Positions 39,502 to 50,173 are shown, counted from the first letter of the stretch. The stretch is DNA of 64,000 nucleotides from an uncultured Acidimicrobiia bacterium (GCA_963786955.1 CAWBAT010000004.1:480001-544000), one strand, 5' to 3'. Notes: generated from the letters alone by a model not told the origin. Numbers and translations are program-made.

Positions 39502-40542
39502 ATGAATGCTTTCCGAAAAGGGATTATTGCCCTTTTGGTTTTCTATTTCATGTGGAGCGGGATTTTTCCGAGCCAGATCGGTGCTCAAAAAAAAGATGAC
39601 ACGTATCAATTGAAAGTACCGGTTGAGCTCGTTATTGTCCCCGTCACTGTAATTGATAAGGATGGGAACCTCATTTCGGATTTGACCAAAGAAGACTTTG
39701 AACTTTATGTCGACGGCGTCCCGCAGGCCGTTACTTATTTCTCGTCTGACCCAGTCCCATTATCAGTCGCCATCCTGATTGACAAATCAATGGAGTCGAC
39801 AACCCTCTCTTCCATCAAGAATACTCTGACTTCTTTGGTTGAATCATTCAGCCCCTTTGATGAAATCGCGATTTTTCAATTTGAAAACACCTCAGACAAA
39901 CTTCAGGATTTCACATTTAACAAAGAAGAGGTCTTAGCGGCGCTCAAGAAATTGAGCTTTGCAAGTGCCTCAGGTTCAACTTTTGGTGAGGGCTCATTCT
40001 CTGGAACTGGCGGAACAGGGGATACTAAGATCAATGGTGTGGTCATTGATAGCGCTCAAGGAAGAGTGCCTCCCCCAAAAACATTGAACACCCACATCCA
40101 TGACGCGGTCTTCAATACAGCCATGGAACTCCGGCGAAGGAGCAAGGAACGGCGAGGGATTATCGTAATCATATCGAATGGCCAGAATGCACCTGGAAAC
40201 CGCGTTTCGTATGACGAGGCCATCGGGGCCGTTGTCCGCGCGGAGATCCAAATTTATAGTATTGCCCAAGGGAGTTCTCTGTTCTATAGAAAGCTCAACC
40301 TTCTCGGCAAATACGCCAGCGCATCCGGTGGGTCAGTTTTTTTCCCGGTTAAGAACGAAAGTTTGTCGGACGCTTATCAGAAAACCGGACAAATGGCCCG
40401 CAATAAATATATGCTCGGATTCGTTCCCCATGACAACGTGAAGGAGCCCACGTTTCAAAAGCTGACGGTCCGCATTCGGACAAAGGACTCCAAAGTTGAA
40501 GATATCCGCTATCGCAAAGGCTTTTATTTGATGCCGCATTAA
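39502..40542 (+). CDS. Acidobacteria-type VWA domain protein with degenerate MIDAS
   Basis: VPVELVIVPVTV, IDKSMES, ISNG, KYMLGF, RKGFY. Confidence 0.85.
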   Translation: MNAFRKGIIALLVFYFMWSGIFPSQIGAQKKDDTYQLKVPVELVIVPVTVIDKDGNLISDLTKEDFELYVDGVPQAVTYFSSDPVPLSVAILIDKSMESTTLSSIKNTLTSLVESFSPFDEIAIFQFENTSDKLQDFTFNKEEVLAALKKLSFASASGSTFGEGSFSGTGGTGDTKINGVVIDSAQGRVPPPKTLNTHIHDAVFNTAMELRRRSKERRGIIVIISNGQNAPGNRVSYDEAIGAVVRAEIQIYSIAQGSSLFYRKLNLLGKYASASGGSVFFPVKNESLSDAYQKTGQMARNKYMLGFVPHDNVKEPTFQKLTVRIRTKDSKVEDIRYRKGFYLMPH

Positions 40543-40717
40543 CGCGATTCTGTCCAAAGCCACCTTGGAGAGACTTCAACTGGAACCAAAGCTTTAAACC
40601 CTCATTCCTCGCTCCTTCCGATTCCTGATTCTTCGTTGCCCAGGTAAGAAAATTGAGTCCATCCTCCGATTTGGTTCTATAATTTGAGTAAAGCAAGTCT
40701 CTGGATAGGCAGGAGTC

Positions 40718-41482
40718 ATGGCTTTGGCGAAATTCAAGTCACTTCTCTTCACTCTTTTCTTCCTGACATCAGGAATCGTCCTGAATGCCGATACATCGAG
40801 CAGCCTGTCAGAAGACTCAAGGATCAAGATTATTCGCACTCTGGGTAGCGAATACGTGGCCCTCAAGATTCCACTCCCAATCAACAATAGAGGCCTGACG
40901 ATCAACTCGAATGGAGAATTTGATTGGAAAAGAAATGAAGAAGCTGCACTCTCAGCCGGGCAATTTATTGCCCCTGGCATTACCGTTCAGATCACGAAAA
41001 TTAATATTTTACCGAGCAAGATTGTTTTCGAGATCAATGGAGGAGGAAGAAAAAAGAAACGATTTCTGGAACATATTCAGGTAGGCGGTAGCGGTGGAGG
41101 GCGCACCTTGGCGGACCCAACCTCAGACGCGCCTCCACAAGGATCCTATGTGAATATTCAGTTCGCCAAATTCATTCCGGAATTATCCCCGGAGGAAATA
41201 CGGCAGATCCTTTCAAATGTGCTGGATTTCAGCATGAAATCTGCCGTCAAAAGCTTCATCGAATCAGTCCCTGATGAGTTCCAGGACGCGGTCAAAGAAA
41301 AGAAAGCCGTCGTCGGCATGGACAAAGATCTCGTCATCGCGGCCTTGGGACGGCCACTTCGAAAGATCCGAGAAAAGAAAGGAGAGGTTGAATCCGAGGA
41401 ATGGGTTTACGGTGAAAAACCTCAGAAGGTGATTTTCGTGACTTTCCAAAGCGGTAAAGTGGTCAGCGTGAAAGAATACTAG
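40718..41482 (+). CDS. Secreted hypothetical protein, C-terminal SmpA/BamE-like motif
   Basis: AGGAG RBS, signal peptide, VGMDKDLVIAALGRP...EEWVYG. Confidence 0.7.
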   Translation: MALAKFKSLLFTLFFLTSGIVLNADTSSSLSEDSRIKIIRTLGSEYVALKIPLPINNRGLTINSNGEFDWKRNEEAALSAGQFIAPGITVQITKINILPSKIVFEINGGGRKKKRFLEHIQVGGSGGGRTLADPTSDAPPQGSYVNIQFAKFIPELSPEEIRQILSNVLDFSMKSAVKSFIESVPDEFQDAVKEKKAVVGMDKDLVIAALGRPLRKIREKKGEVESEEWVYGEKPQKVIFVTFQSGKVVSVKEY

Positions 41483-41500
41483 CCCTCATCCCCCCCTGAA

Positions 41501-41953
41501 TCAAAATTTCTTGGTCTGACGCAGAGCCTCATAGAGCACAATGGCGGCGGCATTGCTAAGATTGAGACTTCGTGGTTTTGTTCCCCACATGGGAATTTTG
41601 ATGGAAGAGTCAGGATTGTCACACACCAGCTCACTGGGAAGTCCGCGAGTCTCACTCCCAAATACTAGGTAGTCATTCCAGCCATATCGAATGTCCGTAT
41701 AGAGTCGGGTGGCTTTGGTGCTGACATAGTAGAAGCGGCCGGTATGGGCCGTTTGTTTCAATTCCTCGAGGGAATCGTGGTAACTGACGGTTACGCTCTC
41801 CCAATAATCAAGACCGGCACGCCGCAGATAATAGTCTGAGGTTGAGAATCCTAGCTTGCCAATCAGATGGAGGGGGGACTCCGTCAGCGCGCAGAGACGG
41901 GCAATATTACCGGTATTTTGCGGAATTTCCGGCTCAACTAGCACGACATGCAT
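41501..41953 (-). CDS. trmL: tRNA (cytidine(34)-2'-O)-methyltransferase
   Basis: EPEIPQNTGNIAR, RRAGLDYW, FGSETRGL, RSLNLSN. Confidence 0.95.
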   Translation of the reverse strand: MHVVLVEPEIPQNTGNIARLCALTESPLHLIGKLGFSTSDYYLRRAGLDYWESVTVSYHDSLEELKQTAHTGRFYYVSTKATRLYTDIRYGWNDYLVFGSETRGLPSELVCDNPDSSIKIPMWGTKPRSLNLSNAAAIVLYEALRQTKKF

Positions 41954-41959
41954 ATCTGC

Positions 41960-44209
41960 TCATTTTACTTGGAGCAAGGCTTTTCCTATTCCTATGTTTC
42001 CCACAGAATCATACACGCGCAAAGCAATGAAATGCTCCCCAGGATCGAGTTTCTCGGTTTTGACCTCAAACTCTTCGATTCGTGAATCGACGATTCCATC
42101 CACCGAAAAGATGATCTCCCACTCTTTTCCGTCAACGGACACCTCTGCACGGCGCAGCGGGGAGTAGGGGTCAGTGCCTTTGAACCGAACAACAGCTGCC
42201 CCATTCTGGCTAGTTTGAGACAAGATTTCCACTTGGGGTGGGATGTTATCGATGTCGAAGAATTGACTGACCAGTGAACTGGAAAGGGCAAGACCTCGGG
42301 GGTTGGACGGGGAGTCATCTGCCGTTATCCGTAGTTGGTATTTCCCATCCGGCAGGCTATCCGCTTCGAGCGTGAAGTATTTCTCTTCCACATCCTCTTT
42401 CAGGGGTTTCCATTCGGATTCTTTTTCCCCTTTGAAATAGATGGAGAACACTAACTCATCCTGATTCGGGTCCTCGGCTTCCCAGCTAAATGACATCGCT
42501 CCTTTTTGATAAACCCGCCGCGGCGGAATCATACCGGGACCTGAAGATGAAATGGCTTCACTGGCCCCTGACGCTATGGCAGCGCCCTGATCGGTCTGCG
42601 AATTAGGATTTCTGGACATCGAGACCCCCGGCTGTTTTTGAAACGCCACACCCGGCGGCAACAGATTAATGGCTTTAACTTCAGGCGGCAGATTTTGCGG
42701 CAAGTAGGGTAGAGTAATTTCTTTGAATATCACCGCATTTGCCCCAGAACCTGTCAGAACGAGCTTGTATTGAATATAGCGTGCCTTGGGGCTCTGAATT
42801 AGTTCTCCTTCGGGATTCGTATAGGCCTTCGACCAGTCACTCCAGGATTTATCCGGTTTTTTGGTGTTGCCGGAACGGGTGTACACCTTCAGTGTGGCGC
42901 CGCTGGGAACCTCGGCTTTCCAGTGGATTTGCCCCCAGCTCGAAGTCGTTTGAGTATCTTTGACATCGGATTCGTAAGTACCATGGCTATTGAGCTCATT
43001 ACTGAGCCGATAAATCTTTGCCAGATTGCTGGTGCAGGCAAACACGTCGGAGCCCCCGGAAATGAGACGGGTAGTTTGCTCTTCGTTGGTCTCGATCAGG
43101 AGAGTAGGCTTTTTCAGATCGTCCAATAGATAAATTCTGCCTTTATTTCCCGTCGATAAAAGTACTTTGCCATTGGGTCTCAAGTTGAGTCCGAAAAGTG
43201 TTTCCGAATCGGAAATCCACAAGCTTTCGACGTGATTGTCCTTGGAAACGCGAAAAATGCCACTTCTCAGATTTCCGGATTCGCGGCGTCCCGGCCGAGC
43301 AACCGGGATTCGGTAATTCGGGATTGGTTCTTCCGCGAGTGTTCTTTCCGTTGGAGCGGCAACCGAGACACTCACCGATATCGATTCGGAAGGAGCCCCT
43401 TCAGGCAGATTCACCTTGGACTGGGGAATGGCCCCCGCGGGCGAAGCGTTGATTCCAATGAAGTAGATATTCCCTTGCGAGTCGATTTGCAATTCGTGAA
43501 TTTCACGCATTGAGGAATCATAGAGAACAAAAGGTTTCCCTTCCGGAGAAATCCGATACAGATAGCCATCCGGGTCACTGCCGGCGACGATATTCCCTTG
43601 CTCATCGATCGCCAAACAAAGGATATTGGCTTGACCACTGTCATAAAAAATCTCCCCCTTGCCCTCTTTGTTCACCTTGTAGATCCGGCCCTTATTCCCA
43701 GTAGCGACAAAGAGATTCCCCTTCTTGTCAAATTCCATGTCCCAGATGAATTTATCCTCTGGATCAAAAAAAACCGTCGCTTTCCCTTCTCCATTGACCC
43801 GGTAAATCTTCCCGTCTGGGGAAGTCGCCACAAACAGGGTTTGTTCTGAGTCCAATGCGAGGGCTAAAACGTCGAGTTCAGCCGCATCGAAAAAAACCGA
43901 TGAAGAGCCGTTGATGTCCACTTTAAAAACTTTTCCGTCATGCCCCGTTCCAACGTAAAGGTTCTTCTTCGAGTCAAAAGCAGCCGACCAGATGAGGGCC
44001 TGGTCGGTATCAAAGACAGAGTCGAATTTGGGTGAAAGAGAGATTTGCCCTTCAGAATTCAAGGTGAGTTCTTTCAGAGTTCCTTTGGAAAATTCATTAA
44101 AGGTAGCAGTTGTCCAAAATGAAGGGGTGACAGCCAGGAGAACACTCGGAGCAGACACAGCGAGGAGACCAATAATCAAGGGGATGGCTCTTAATCTTGT
44201 GTGGTACAT
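41960..44209 (-). CDS. Secreted beta-propeller + fibronectin/Ig-like protein (partner of the S55 peptidase)
   Basis: Repeated (Y/F)V(G/A)T..GK(V/I)(F/Y) blades, RSGNT..PD..WSDWS, PKARYIQYK, C-terminal Ig-like repeats. Confidence 0.75.
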   Translation of the reverse strand: MYHTRLRAIPLIIGLLAVSAPSVLLAVTPSFWTTATFNEFSKGTLKELTLNSEGQISLSPKFDSVFDTDQALIWSAAFDSKKNLYVGTGHDGKVFKVDINGSSSVFFDAAELDVLALALDSEQTLFVATSPDGKIYRVNGEGKATVFFDPEDKFIWDMEFDKKGNLFVATGNKGRIYKVNKEGKGEIFYDSGQANILCLAIDEQGNIVAGSDPDGYLYRISPEGKPFVLYDSSMREIHELQIDSQGNIYFIGINASPAGAIPQSKVNLPEGAPSESISVSVSVAAPTERTLAEEPIPNYRIPVARPGRRESGNLRSGIFRVSKDNHVESLWISDSETLFGLNLRPNGKVLLSTGNKGRIYLLDDLKKPTLLIETNEEQTTRLISGGSDVFACTSNLAKIYRLSNELNSHGTYESDVKDTQTTSSWGQIHWKAEVPSGATLKVYTRSGNTKKPDKSWSDWSKAYTNPEGELIQSPKARYIQYKLVLTGSGANAVIFKEITLPYLPQNLPPEVKAINLLPPGVAFQKQPGVSMSRNPNSQTDQGAAIASGASEAISSSGPGMIPPRRVYQKGAMSFSWEAEDPNQDELVFSIYFKGEKESEWKPLKEDVEEKYFTLEADSLPDGKYQLRITADDSPSNPRGLALSSSLVSQFFDIDNIPPQVEILSQTSQNGAAVVRFKGTDPYSPLRRAEVSVDGKEWEIIFSVDGIVDSRIEEFEVKTEKLDPGEHFIALRVYDSVGNIGIGKALLQVK

Positions 44210-44344
44210 GATTTCTCCAATGCATGAATTGGGAGGTCCGGCTTTTATGGAAAGCAAGGTGCGGGCAAGTGGATCATGTCAATAGGAAGTATTTCTGGCA
44301 AATTCCATCGCTCTCAACTGCCCCGGGACTAATAAGAGTGCCAT

Positions 44345-46273
44345 TCAATCCAATATCTCCAGGCTGAGGGTACGTTGGCCGCTAATCATAAACGGCGTTG
44401 AAGGCAATTCGTATTCGTAGAGGTTCGAGGATCGCAGGGTCATCAGGCTGCTACTCGAACTTCGGTCCGAAGTGATCACATGACTGAAAGACGGCGGCAG
44501 GTTTGAGAACTCCTCGCCTCGAATCATTACGGAAGGTTCCGGCTTCTGCAATCTGACATAGACCCGGTCATTCTTGCGGATGTTATTGATCGCACGAATC
44601 AACTGATCCAGGTCGCGCGGCATGAAGGTTTGCCGCAACATGCGATTCTCCACATTCGTCAGAGTGAGGCCATCCGCTACGGTCAATAGCAATATCCCAC
44701 TGGGCATGTCAGCCGGAATGGTGATCGGGAAACGCTCCACTTTCTCTTCGCCATTCGCCGTCCGCAGGAAAGCGGAGAGAATGACTGTTTCCCCTGCTCT
44801 CAATTGTTCGCGATCCGCCCAGACCCGGTCGAGGATGGCCGTTCTTTTTTCGTCACTGGAAGTGATATCCACAGTGACATTCTCTACATTCACGTTGTCA
44901 AATCCGCTCGCGAAGATGAAGCTGAGAGGTTGAACCACGGCCAGGGATGCAAAGACATGGGAATTGGACTCGCCCGAAAAGGTATTCTCAAATTTCACCT
45001 CTGGCTGGCCCTTGATCGTGATCTTCCCATGAACTTGAAGCGTTGCTTCGCCCAGAGCCCGCTCATAAGAGGTCAGGGTGTTAAAGACGGCGAAATTGAC
45101 CAGAAATGGAGAGAGGAAGCGATCATTCACGACTTCGAAATGGAAGGTCTCCATCCGATTTCGACTCGACTTCAAATTGATGGTTAAAGGGATGAGTTTC
45201 GGCAACATGCCGACGGTTCCATACAGGCCTTGCGAACGATCCTGAGTGATGGTCCCAGCCAACTCTGTCGGGACTGCAATCTTGAAGGAGCTGTTCAGAT
45301 TAGGCAGGAGTGAGATCACATTGGCCTTGCAAAAAGGCAACTGCACCGGTCCCACAGAAAGCCAGGGGTGGCCAAAAGCATAAATCTTATCCCCTTCCCG
45401 GAATGTGACCGTCCCGGCCGCACTGGCGCCAACCCCTAGGTCGCCGCGAATCAATTGCACCGCCAATGCCGAGCCGGGCTGGATATCTGCCCCGTCCGCC
45501 ATAATGTTTGATCCCTGTCCAACCGTCATCCCGCCCATTGGAACAGGGGTCATCCCAAGAGATTGAAAGGTTGGCCAAAAATACTGAATGGCTTTAGCGG
45601 AGAAACCGGAAAGAGAAAGCGGGGTGTCGATATACTGCAAGGAATGACCTGCAAAAGGCGTCAATCCTGGAAAAGATCCAACCAAGGAATTCGACAAATG
45701 AATTGTTTTCGCGGAACCAAACGGTCCGAAATTATCAATATCCAGGGCTGGAGACAATTTCACAGTACGAAAGGGAGGCACTGTCGAAACTTCGATTTTG
45801 ATAGGATCGATCCGGACCGGCCCGTCAGGCTTTTCAAAGATATTTAACATCTGCTCGATCGGCGTAATTCCGGCTATGGCTTCTTTCGAAAAAGGAAACG
45901 AAAACGCAACCGCTCCTATAAGCTTTCCATCAATATAAACGGGGCTGCCGCTCATCCCCCCCATGACACCCGTAGTCTCCAGGGGACTGCCCGATAGTTT
46001 GGCAAGAATCGCGCTTTGTCGCGGAAGTATATTTTCAAGCACGCCGAGAATCTCGACTTGAAACTCTTCAATTCGGCTTCCAGAATAGACCGTTTTCCCA
46101 GTCCCTTTCATCCCCGGTTTGATTTCCGAAAGCGGCAGGATCAGTCGAGGCGATTCTGCCTGAAACACGGGTCCCTTTAGACAAAGGAGCAGTAGAACAA
46201 CTAATAGAACCAGATATTTAGGCAAGGTCGATAATGCGGGAACCCATCGAATCTTCATTTTCATTCTACTCAT
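44345..46273 (-). CDS. SpoIVB peptidase S55 domain protein
   Basis: GMKGTGKTV, GGMSGSPVYIDGKLIGAV, AGTVT, AFGHP, QDR. Confidence 0.88.
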   Translation of the reverse strand: MSRMKMKIRWVPALSTLPKYLVLLVVLLLLCLKGPVFQAESPRLILPLSEIKPGMKGTGKTVYSGSRIEEFQVEILGVLENILPRQSAILAKLSGSPLETTGVMGGMSGSPVYIDGKLIGAVAFSFPFSKEAIAGITPIEQMLNIFEKPDGPVRIDPIKIEVSTVPPFRTVKLSPALDIDNFGPFGSAKTIHLSNSLVGSFPGLTPFAGHSLQYIDTPLSLSGFSAKAIQYFWPTFQSLGMTPVPMGGMTVGQGSNIMADGADIQPGSALAVQLIRGDLGVGASAAGTVTFREGDKIYAFGHPWLSVGPVQLPFCKANVISLLPNLNSSFKIAVPTELAGTITQDRSQGLYGTVGMLPKLIPLTINLKSSRNRMETFHFEVVNDRFLSPFLVNFAVFNTLTSYERALGEATLQVHGKITIKGQPEVKFENTFSGESNSHVFASLAVVQPLSFIFASGFDNVNVENVTVDITSSDEKRTAILDRVWADREQLRAGETVILSAFLRTANGEEKVERFPITIPADMPSGILLLTVADGLTLTNVENRMLRQTFMPRDLDQLIRAINNIRKNDRVYVRLQKPEPSVMIRGEEFSNLPPSFSHVITSDRSSSSSLMTLRSSNLYEYELPSTPFMISGQRTLSLEILD

Positions 46274-46447
46274 CTCATCGGTAATCCGATCACTTCCTCT
46301 TAACCCTTGATTCCAAGTACTTCTAGATAAATTTCATTGTTCGGGTCGATCAAGTTATTTGATAGTATTGATCGGAGGACGCTCATTACACCTAAGAATC
46401 AGTATAGCAGAAGGTTCTCCATGCTCTCCAAAGAATCTGGAGGATTC

Positions 46448-47044
46448 ATGCCAAGCTCCATTGGGCCCTTCTCTGCTTTCGTTCTAGCTGGGGGGATGAG
46501 CAGCCGGATGCAGCAGGATAAGGCCCTGTTGCGCTTTCGGGGTCATTATCTGATTGAGTACGCAATTGATGTTCTTCAACAACTTACCCCCGACATCCGA
46601 ATTATTGGCGATCCTCTCAAATATGAATTCCTTAAAAGGCCCGTTATCCCAGATCGTGTAGCTTCTCATGGCCCACTATGCGGCATCTACACCGGACTGA
46701 GTAGCTCGACAAACAGGTATAATCTATTCCTGGCCTGCGACATGCCGCTTATGAAGCCTGAGTTTTTTAGGTTGTTACTCGAAAGGATCGGGGATGCCGA
46801 TGCTGCTGCCATGAGGCTCATAGACAGGAAGGTTGAGCCATTGGCGGCCGTCTATTCCAAGAGCGGACTTCCCAAAATCGCGGAGAATATGGCCTTGCAA
46901 TATTACAAAATTACCGATTTTCTCGATCGAGCTCGGGTAACTTATCTGGGAGAAGAAGAACTCTCCGAATTTGGTCTTTCAGCCCGGATTTTCACAAATG
47001 TCAACATGCCAGAAGACCTGTTGTCGCTGGAATCCAATTCTTAA
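46448..47044 (+). CDS. mobA: Molybdenum cofactor guanylyltransferase
   Basis: LAGGMSSRMQQDKA, GPLCGI, ACDMP, EPLAAVY, FTNVN. Confidence 0.92.
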   Translation: MPSSIGPFSAFVLAGGMSSRMQQDKALLRFRGHYLIEYAIDVLQQLTPDIRIIGDPLKYEFLKRPVIPDRVASHGPLCGIYTGLSSSTNRYNLFLACDMPLMKPEFFRLLLERIGDADAAAMRLIDRKVEPLAAVYSKSGLPKIAENMALQYYKITDFLDRARVTYLGEEELSEFGLSARIFTNVNMPEDLLSLESNS

Positions 47045-47182
47045 GACCAGGGCCCGACTAATCAACCAATCATCAACTAGGATGGTAACTGTTGGCTAAG
47101 TATTGCCGATATATGACTTAGACCGAGTGTGTTATATTGGCCACCCTGTGGTCCCTTGCAGTCGCTGGGCTGCCGACGAATC

Positions 47183-48136
47183 ATGAATTTCCTAACCCGT
47201 ATCATCGCCACAATCCGGTATCCAGAATCGACCTTTGGGAAGACTTTGATCAGGATTCTTCCTATTGTCCTTTTTGTACTGATCTTGGCAATCGGGTTTT
47301 CAGGATTTTCCGTCTACCGAGCTGTTGTTCCAAACCGCTTGGCAGAGACGATAGACCCCAGCAGTTTTCTGTTAAGGAACTTCCAAACTCTCTCGTTTAC
47401 AACCTTCGATAAAGTGTCAATGGAAGGCTGGTTTATCCCTTCGGTTCGTGGAGCTCCAGTTATTTTCCTGTGCCATGGCTATAAATCCAACCGGTCAGAA
47501 GTTCTGACTTTAGCTTCCACCTTCCAGGAAAATGGCTTCAATTTGTTTTTGTTCGACTTCCGAGCCCACGGTACAAGCCAGGTGGGGATGAGCACGCTCG
47601 GAATCAAAGAAACGCAAGACCTAGTTGCGGCCATCCAGATGGTTACGGAAAGAAAAGATGTAGATCAGAACAGCGTGGGAGTATGGGGTGTGACGTTGGG
47701 CGCATATGTAGCCCTGTCGGCGGCAATCCTCAACGAAAAAATCAAAGTGCTGGTAGTGGATTCTCCCTTCGAGAGCCCGGACGCATTTCTGGATCTCCAG
47801 ACTTCCTCGATTTTAGGGATCAATAACTCAGTTTTAGATACGATGACCCGCTGGTGTTTCTGGCTAATCTCTCTTCCTACAGGTCATCCGAAAGATAATT
47901 TGCTGAACAATTTAAACCATCTGCAAAATTGTGAAAAGCTATTCATCACCGCCGAAGAGACTCCGCGATTAGAGGCGCAGGCACTCAACCTCTTCAACCA
48001 TGCGCCTGACCCCAAAGAGCTTCTTCGCCTGAAGGGATCTAGGACCAGTATTTTATACGATGTCGAGAGGAAGAATTACGAATACAAGGTTGTCGACTTC
48101 TTTAAGAAAAGGCTGCCCATCCGGGGGCATCAGTGA
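47183..48136 (+). CDS. Membrane-anchored alpha/beta hydrolase-fold protein with non-canonical catalytic motifs
   Basis: CHGY, FDFRAHG, WGVTLGA (GxTxG). Confidence 0.8.
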   Translation: MNFLTRIIATIRYPESTFGKTLIRILPIVLFVLILAIGFSGFSVYRAVVPNRLAETIDPSSFLLRNFQTLSFTTFDKVSMEGWFIPSVRGAPVIFLCHGYKSNRSEVLTLASTFQENGFNLFLFDFRAHGTSQVGMSTLGIKETQDLVAAIQMVTERKDVDQNSVGVWGVTLGAYVALSAAILNEKIKVLVVDSPFESPDAFLDLQTSSILGINNSVLDTMTRWCFWLISLPTGHPKDNLLNNLNHLQNCEKLFITAEETPRLEAQALNLFNHAPDPKELLRLKGSRTSILYDVERKNYEYKVVDFFKKRLPIRGHQ

Positions 48137-48201
48137 TTTGTTCTCTCCCCTTAGAAAAAGCTACGCCGACCCGTCTAAACTTTCATCGGGGACTCCCTGC
48201 T

Positions 48202-49893
48202 TCATTTAGAGTGAAGCTTCCATAGCCGTTGCCTGTGGAATGGGATTTCTTTTTCAACTTCAAACCGATGATCAAACTCCGCAGCATTGGCCAATGACGC
48301 CGTCACTAGATAAAAGGACTTGGCGTCTCGCGCGTCAATCTGATCTAGCGAACTGATGATGTTAGTTTCACTATTCAAATAGAAACTCAATCCATAAGCG
48401 ATACGACGCGGCACACCGTATGCGAATACAGGCTCTCCCTGGTATTCCTCGCTTTCCAGTTTAGCAGCAAGCTGTCGAGAGGATTCAATGGCATCAATCT
48501 GCGGGAATATTTGATGTACGATCAGTAGAACACCCAAAGCGCAGCCGGCAAGATAGCACAAAAATAAGGCTCGGTAATTTTCAATAAAAATCAGGACTAA
48601 GCCGATACATCCCATACCTATCATGAGCCAAGACAATAGCGGGAGTGACGGCTCAGCAGCAAGATTAAGCCCGTGCCCCCAAATCAAAAGGCCTAGACCC
48701 GCTGTAATCATGAGAATGGATTGGAAGAGTTCCACCCACGGGCGCTTGTGTTGCGCAGACTGCGGAGAGGACTCCATCAAGCGATCCTCCCAGTAAGCCG
48801 CCGTTAAGAGCGCCATCGCCGGAAAGATCGGAAGGATATAACCGGGGAGCTTGGAGCGGGAAATAGAGAAAAAAGTAAGAGGGACAATTACCCACAACCA
48901 GAAGAAGAGAGTGTCCGAGTTGCAGGCACGCTTCTCCGAACGCCTCAACCTCTTTAGATCTTGAAGACATGCGGCTCCGAATTGCAGGGTCCACGGAAGA
49001 AACCCAATGATGATGACGAATAGAAAAAACCAGATCGGCTGAGAGTGTTGGAAACGATCCGTTGCAAAGCGCGCCAGATTGTGTTGGAAAAAGAATTCCC
49101 TGATAAAGTTCCACCCATTAGCTTGAAAACAAAGAACATACCAAGGTAGCGCGACAGCGAGTGAGAGAAATCCGCCTGGAATCAGCCACAACTTTCTCCG
49201 CGAATAGGTTTCTGGCCGGAGGGTGAAGAAAATGATCAGAATGAGACTCACCAAGACCAGGCTTACAGGACCCTTTGCCAGTACGGCTACCCCCAATGAG
49301 AAATAGCCGGCGCCAAGCCATATCCGGATCCGGGGAGACTCACTCTGTTGAAGACGTGTTACGCTGCTATTTCTCCTTGAGATGGATAATCCAAAATAGA
49401 ATCCGGCTAACGACAAAGTTAGAGCTGCGGTTAGCAGCATATCCATAGAGGCGGCTCGACCAAAAGAAATGCACATCGGCGAGGAAGCGAGCATTAGAGC
49501 CGCCACAACCCCGCATTGAGGAGACCGCCATTTCCAGCCAAGTGTGAACACGGTGAGAATTAGAAGGATTGCGCTCATCGCTGCCGGAACTCTCGCCGCG
49601 ATTTCCGAGATCCCCAACACTTGATAAGACTGTGCAGCGAGCCAGTAGTAAAGAATTGGTTTTTCAAACCAAGGCTTTCCATAGAGATGTGGAGTAATGA
49701 AGTCTCCCGAAACTATCATCTCTCTGGCTACCTGAGCGTAACGGGGTTCGTCTGGGCCCACCAGCCCAAGCTGGCCAAGCCCGTGGAAGAACTGAATGTA
49801 GAGGAAAGAACTGGTGAGGAGTACGAGTAGGATGAGTCTCGAGGATTTTCCAGCCATCTGATCGAGGTAGTGCTGGCGCCTCTTTGTCCTCAT
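48202..49893 (-). CDS. ArnT-family (GT83/GT39) glycosyltransferase
   Basis: PDEPRYAQVAREM, WFEKPILYYW, LAKGP, SKLPGYILP; alternative start at 49857. Confidence 0.9.
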   Translation of the reverse strand: MRTKRRQHYLDQMAGKSSRLILLVLLTSSFLYIQFFHGLGQLGLVGPDEPRYAQVAREMIVSGDFITPHLYGKPWFEKPILYYWLAAQSYQVLGISEIAARVPAAMSAILLILTVFTLGWKWRSPQCGVVAALMLASSPMCISFGRAASMDMLLTAALTLSLAGFYFGLSISRRNSSVTRLQQSESPRIRIWLGAGYFSLGVAVLAKGPVSLVLVSLILIIFFTLRPETYSRRKLWLIPGGFLSLAVALPWYVLCFQANGWNFIREFFFQHNLARFATDRFQHSQPIWFFLFVIIIGFLPWTLQFGAACLQDLKRLRRSEKRACNSDTLFFWLWVIVPLTFFSISRSKLPGYILPIFPAMALLTAAYWEDRLMESSPQSAQHKRPWVELFQSILMITAGLGLLIWGHGLNLAAEPSLPLLSWLMIGMGCIGLVLIFIENYRALFLCYLAGCALGVLLIVHQIFPQIDAIESSRQLAAKLESEEYQGEPVFAYGVPRRIAYGLSFYLNSETNIISSLDQIDARDAKSFYLVTASLANAAEFDHRFEVEKEIPFHRQRLWKLHSK

Positions 49894-49939
49894 GTTCTGC
49901 GGGCTTTTGGGGAATTACTCATATTGGCCTGCACCGGGT

Positions 49940-50164
49940 TTAGTAGTAGTCGGAACAGGACATGAAATAATGACAACGAGGACAGATCAGTTTGCAGTGG
50001 TCGCCCGTCAATTCAATTCCACACTGGGGACAGTATTGACTCAGGTCCTTTGTTTTCCATCGTATTGACTGCTCGCTCGACTCGGGATGGGATTCAGGTC
50101 GAAACGGCTCAAGCTTCTTACCTGCCATAAGGTCTGATTTGACTGTTTCGACCCGAGTTCTCAC
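49940..50164 (-). CDS. Small Cys-rich zinc-finger protein
   Basis: CPQCG...HCKLICPRCHYFMSCSDYY at the C-terminus; between trxA and arnT. Confidence 0.65.
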   Translation of the reverse strand: MRTRVETVKSDLMAGKKLEPFRPESHPESSEQSIRWKTKDLSQYCPQCGIELTGDHCKLICPRCHYFMSCSDYY

Positions 50165-50173
50165 AACTAACCT

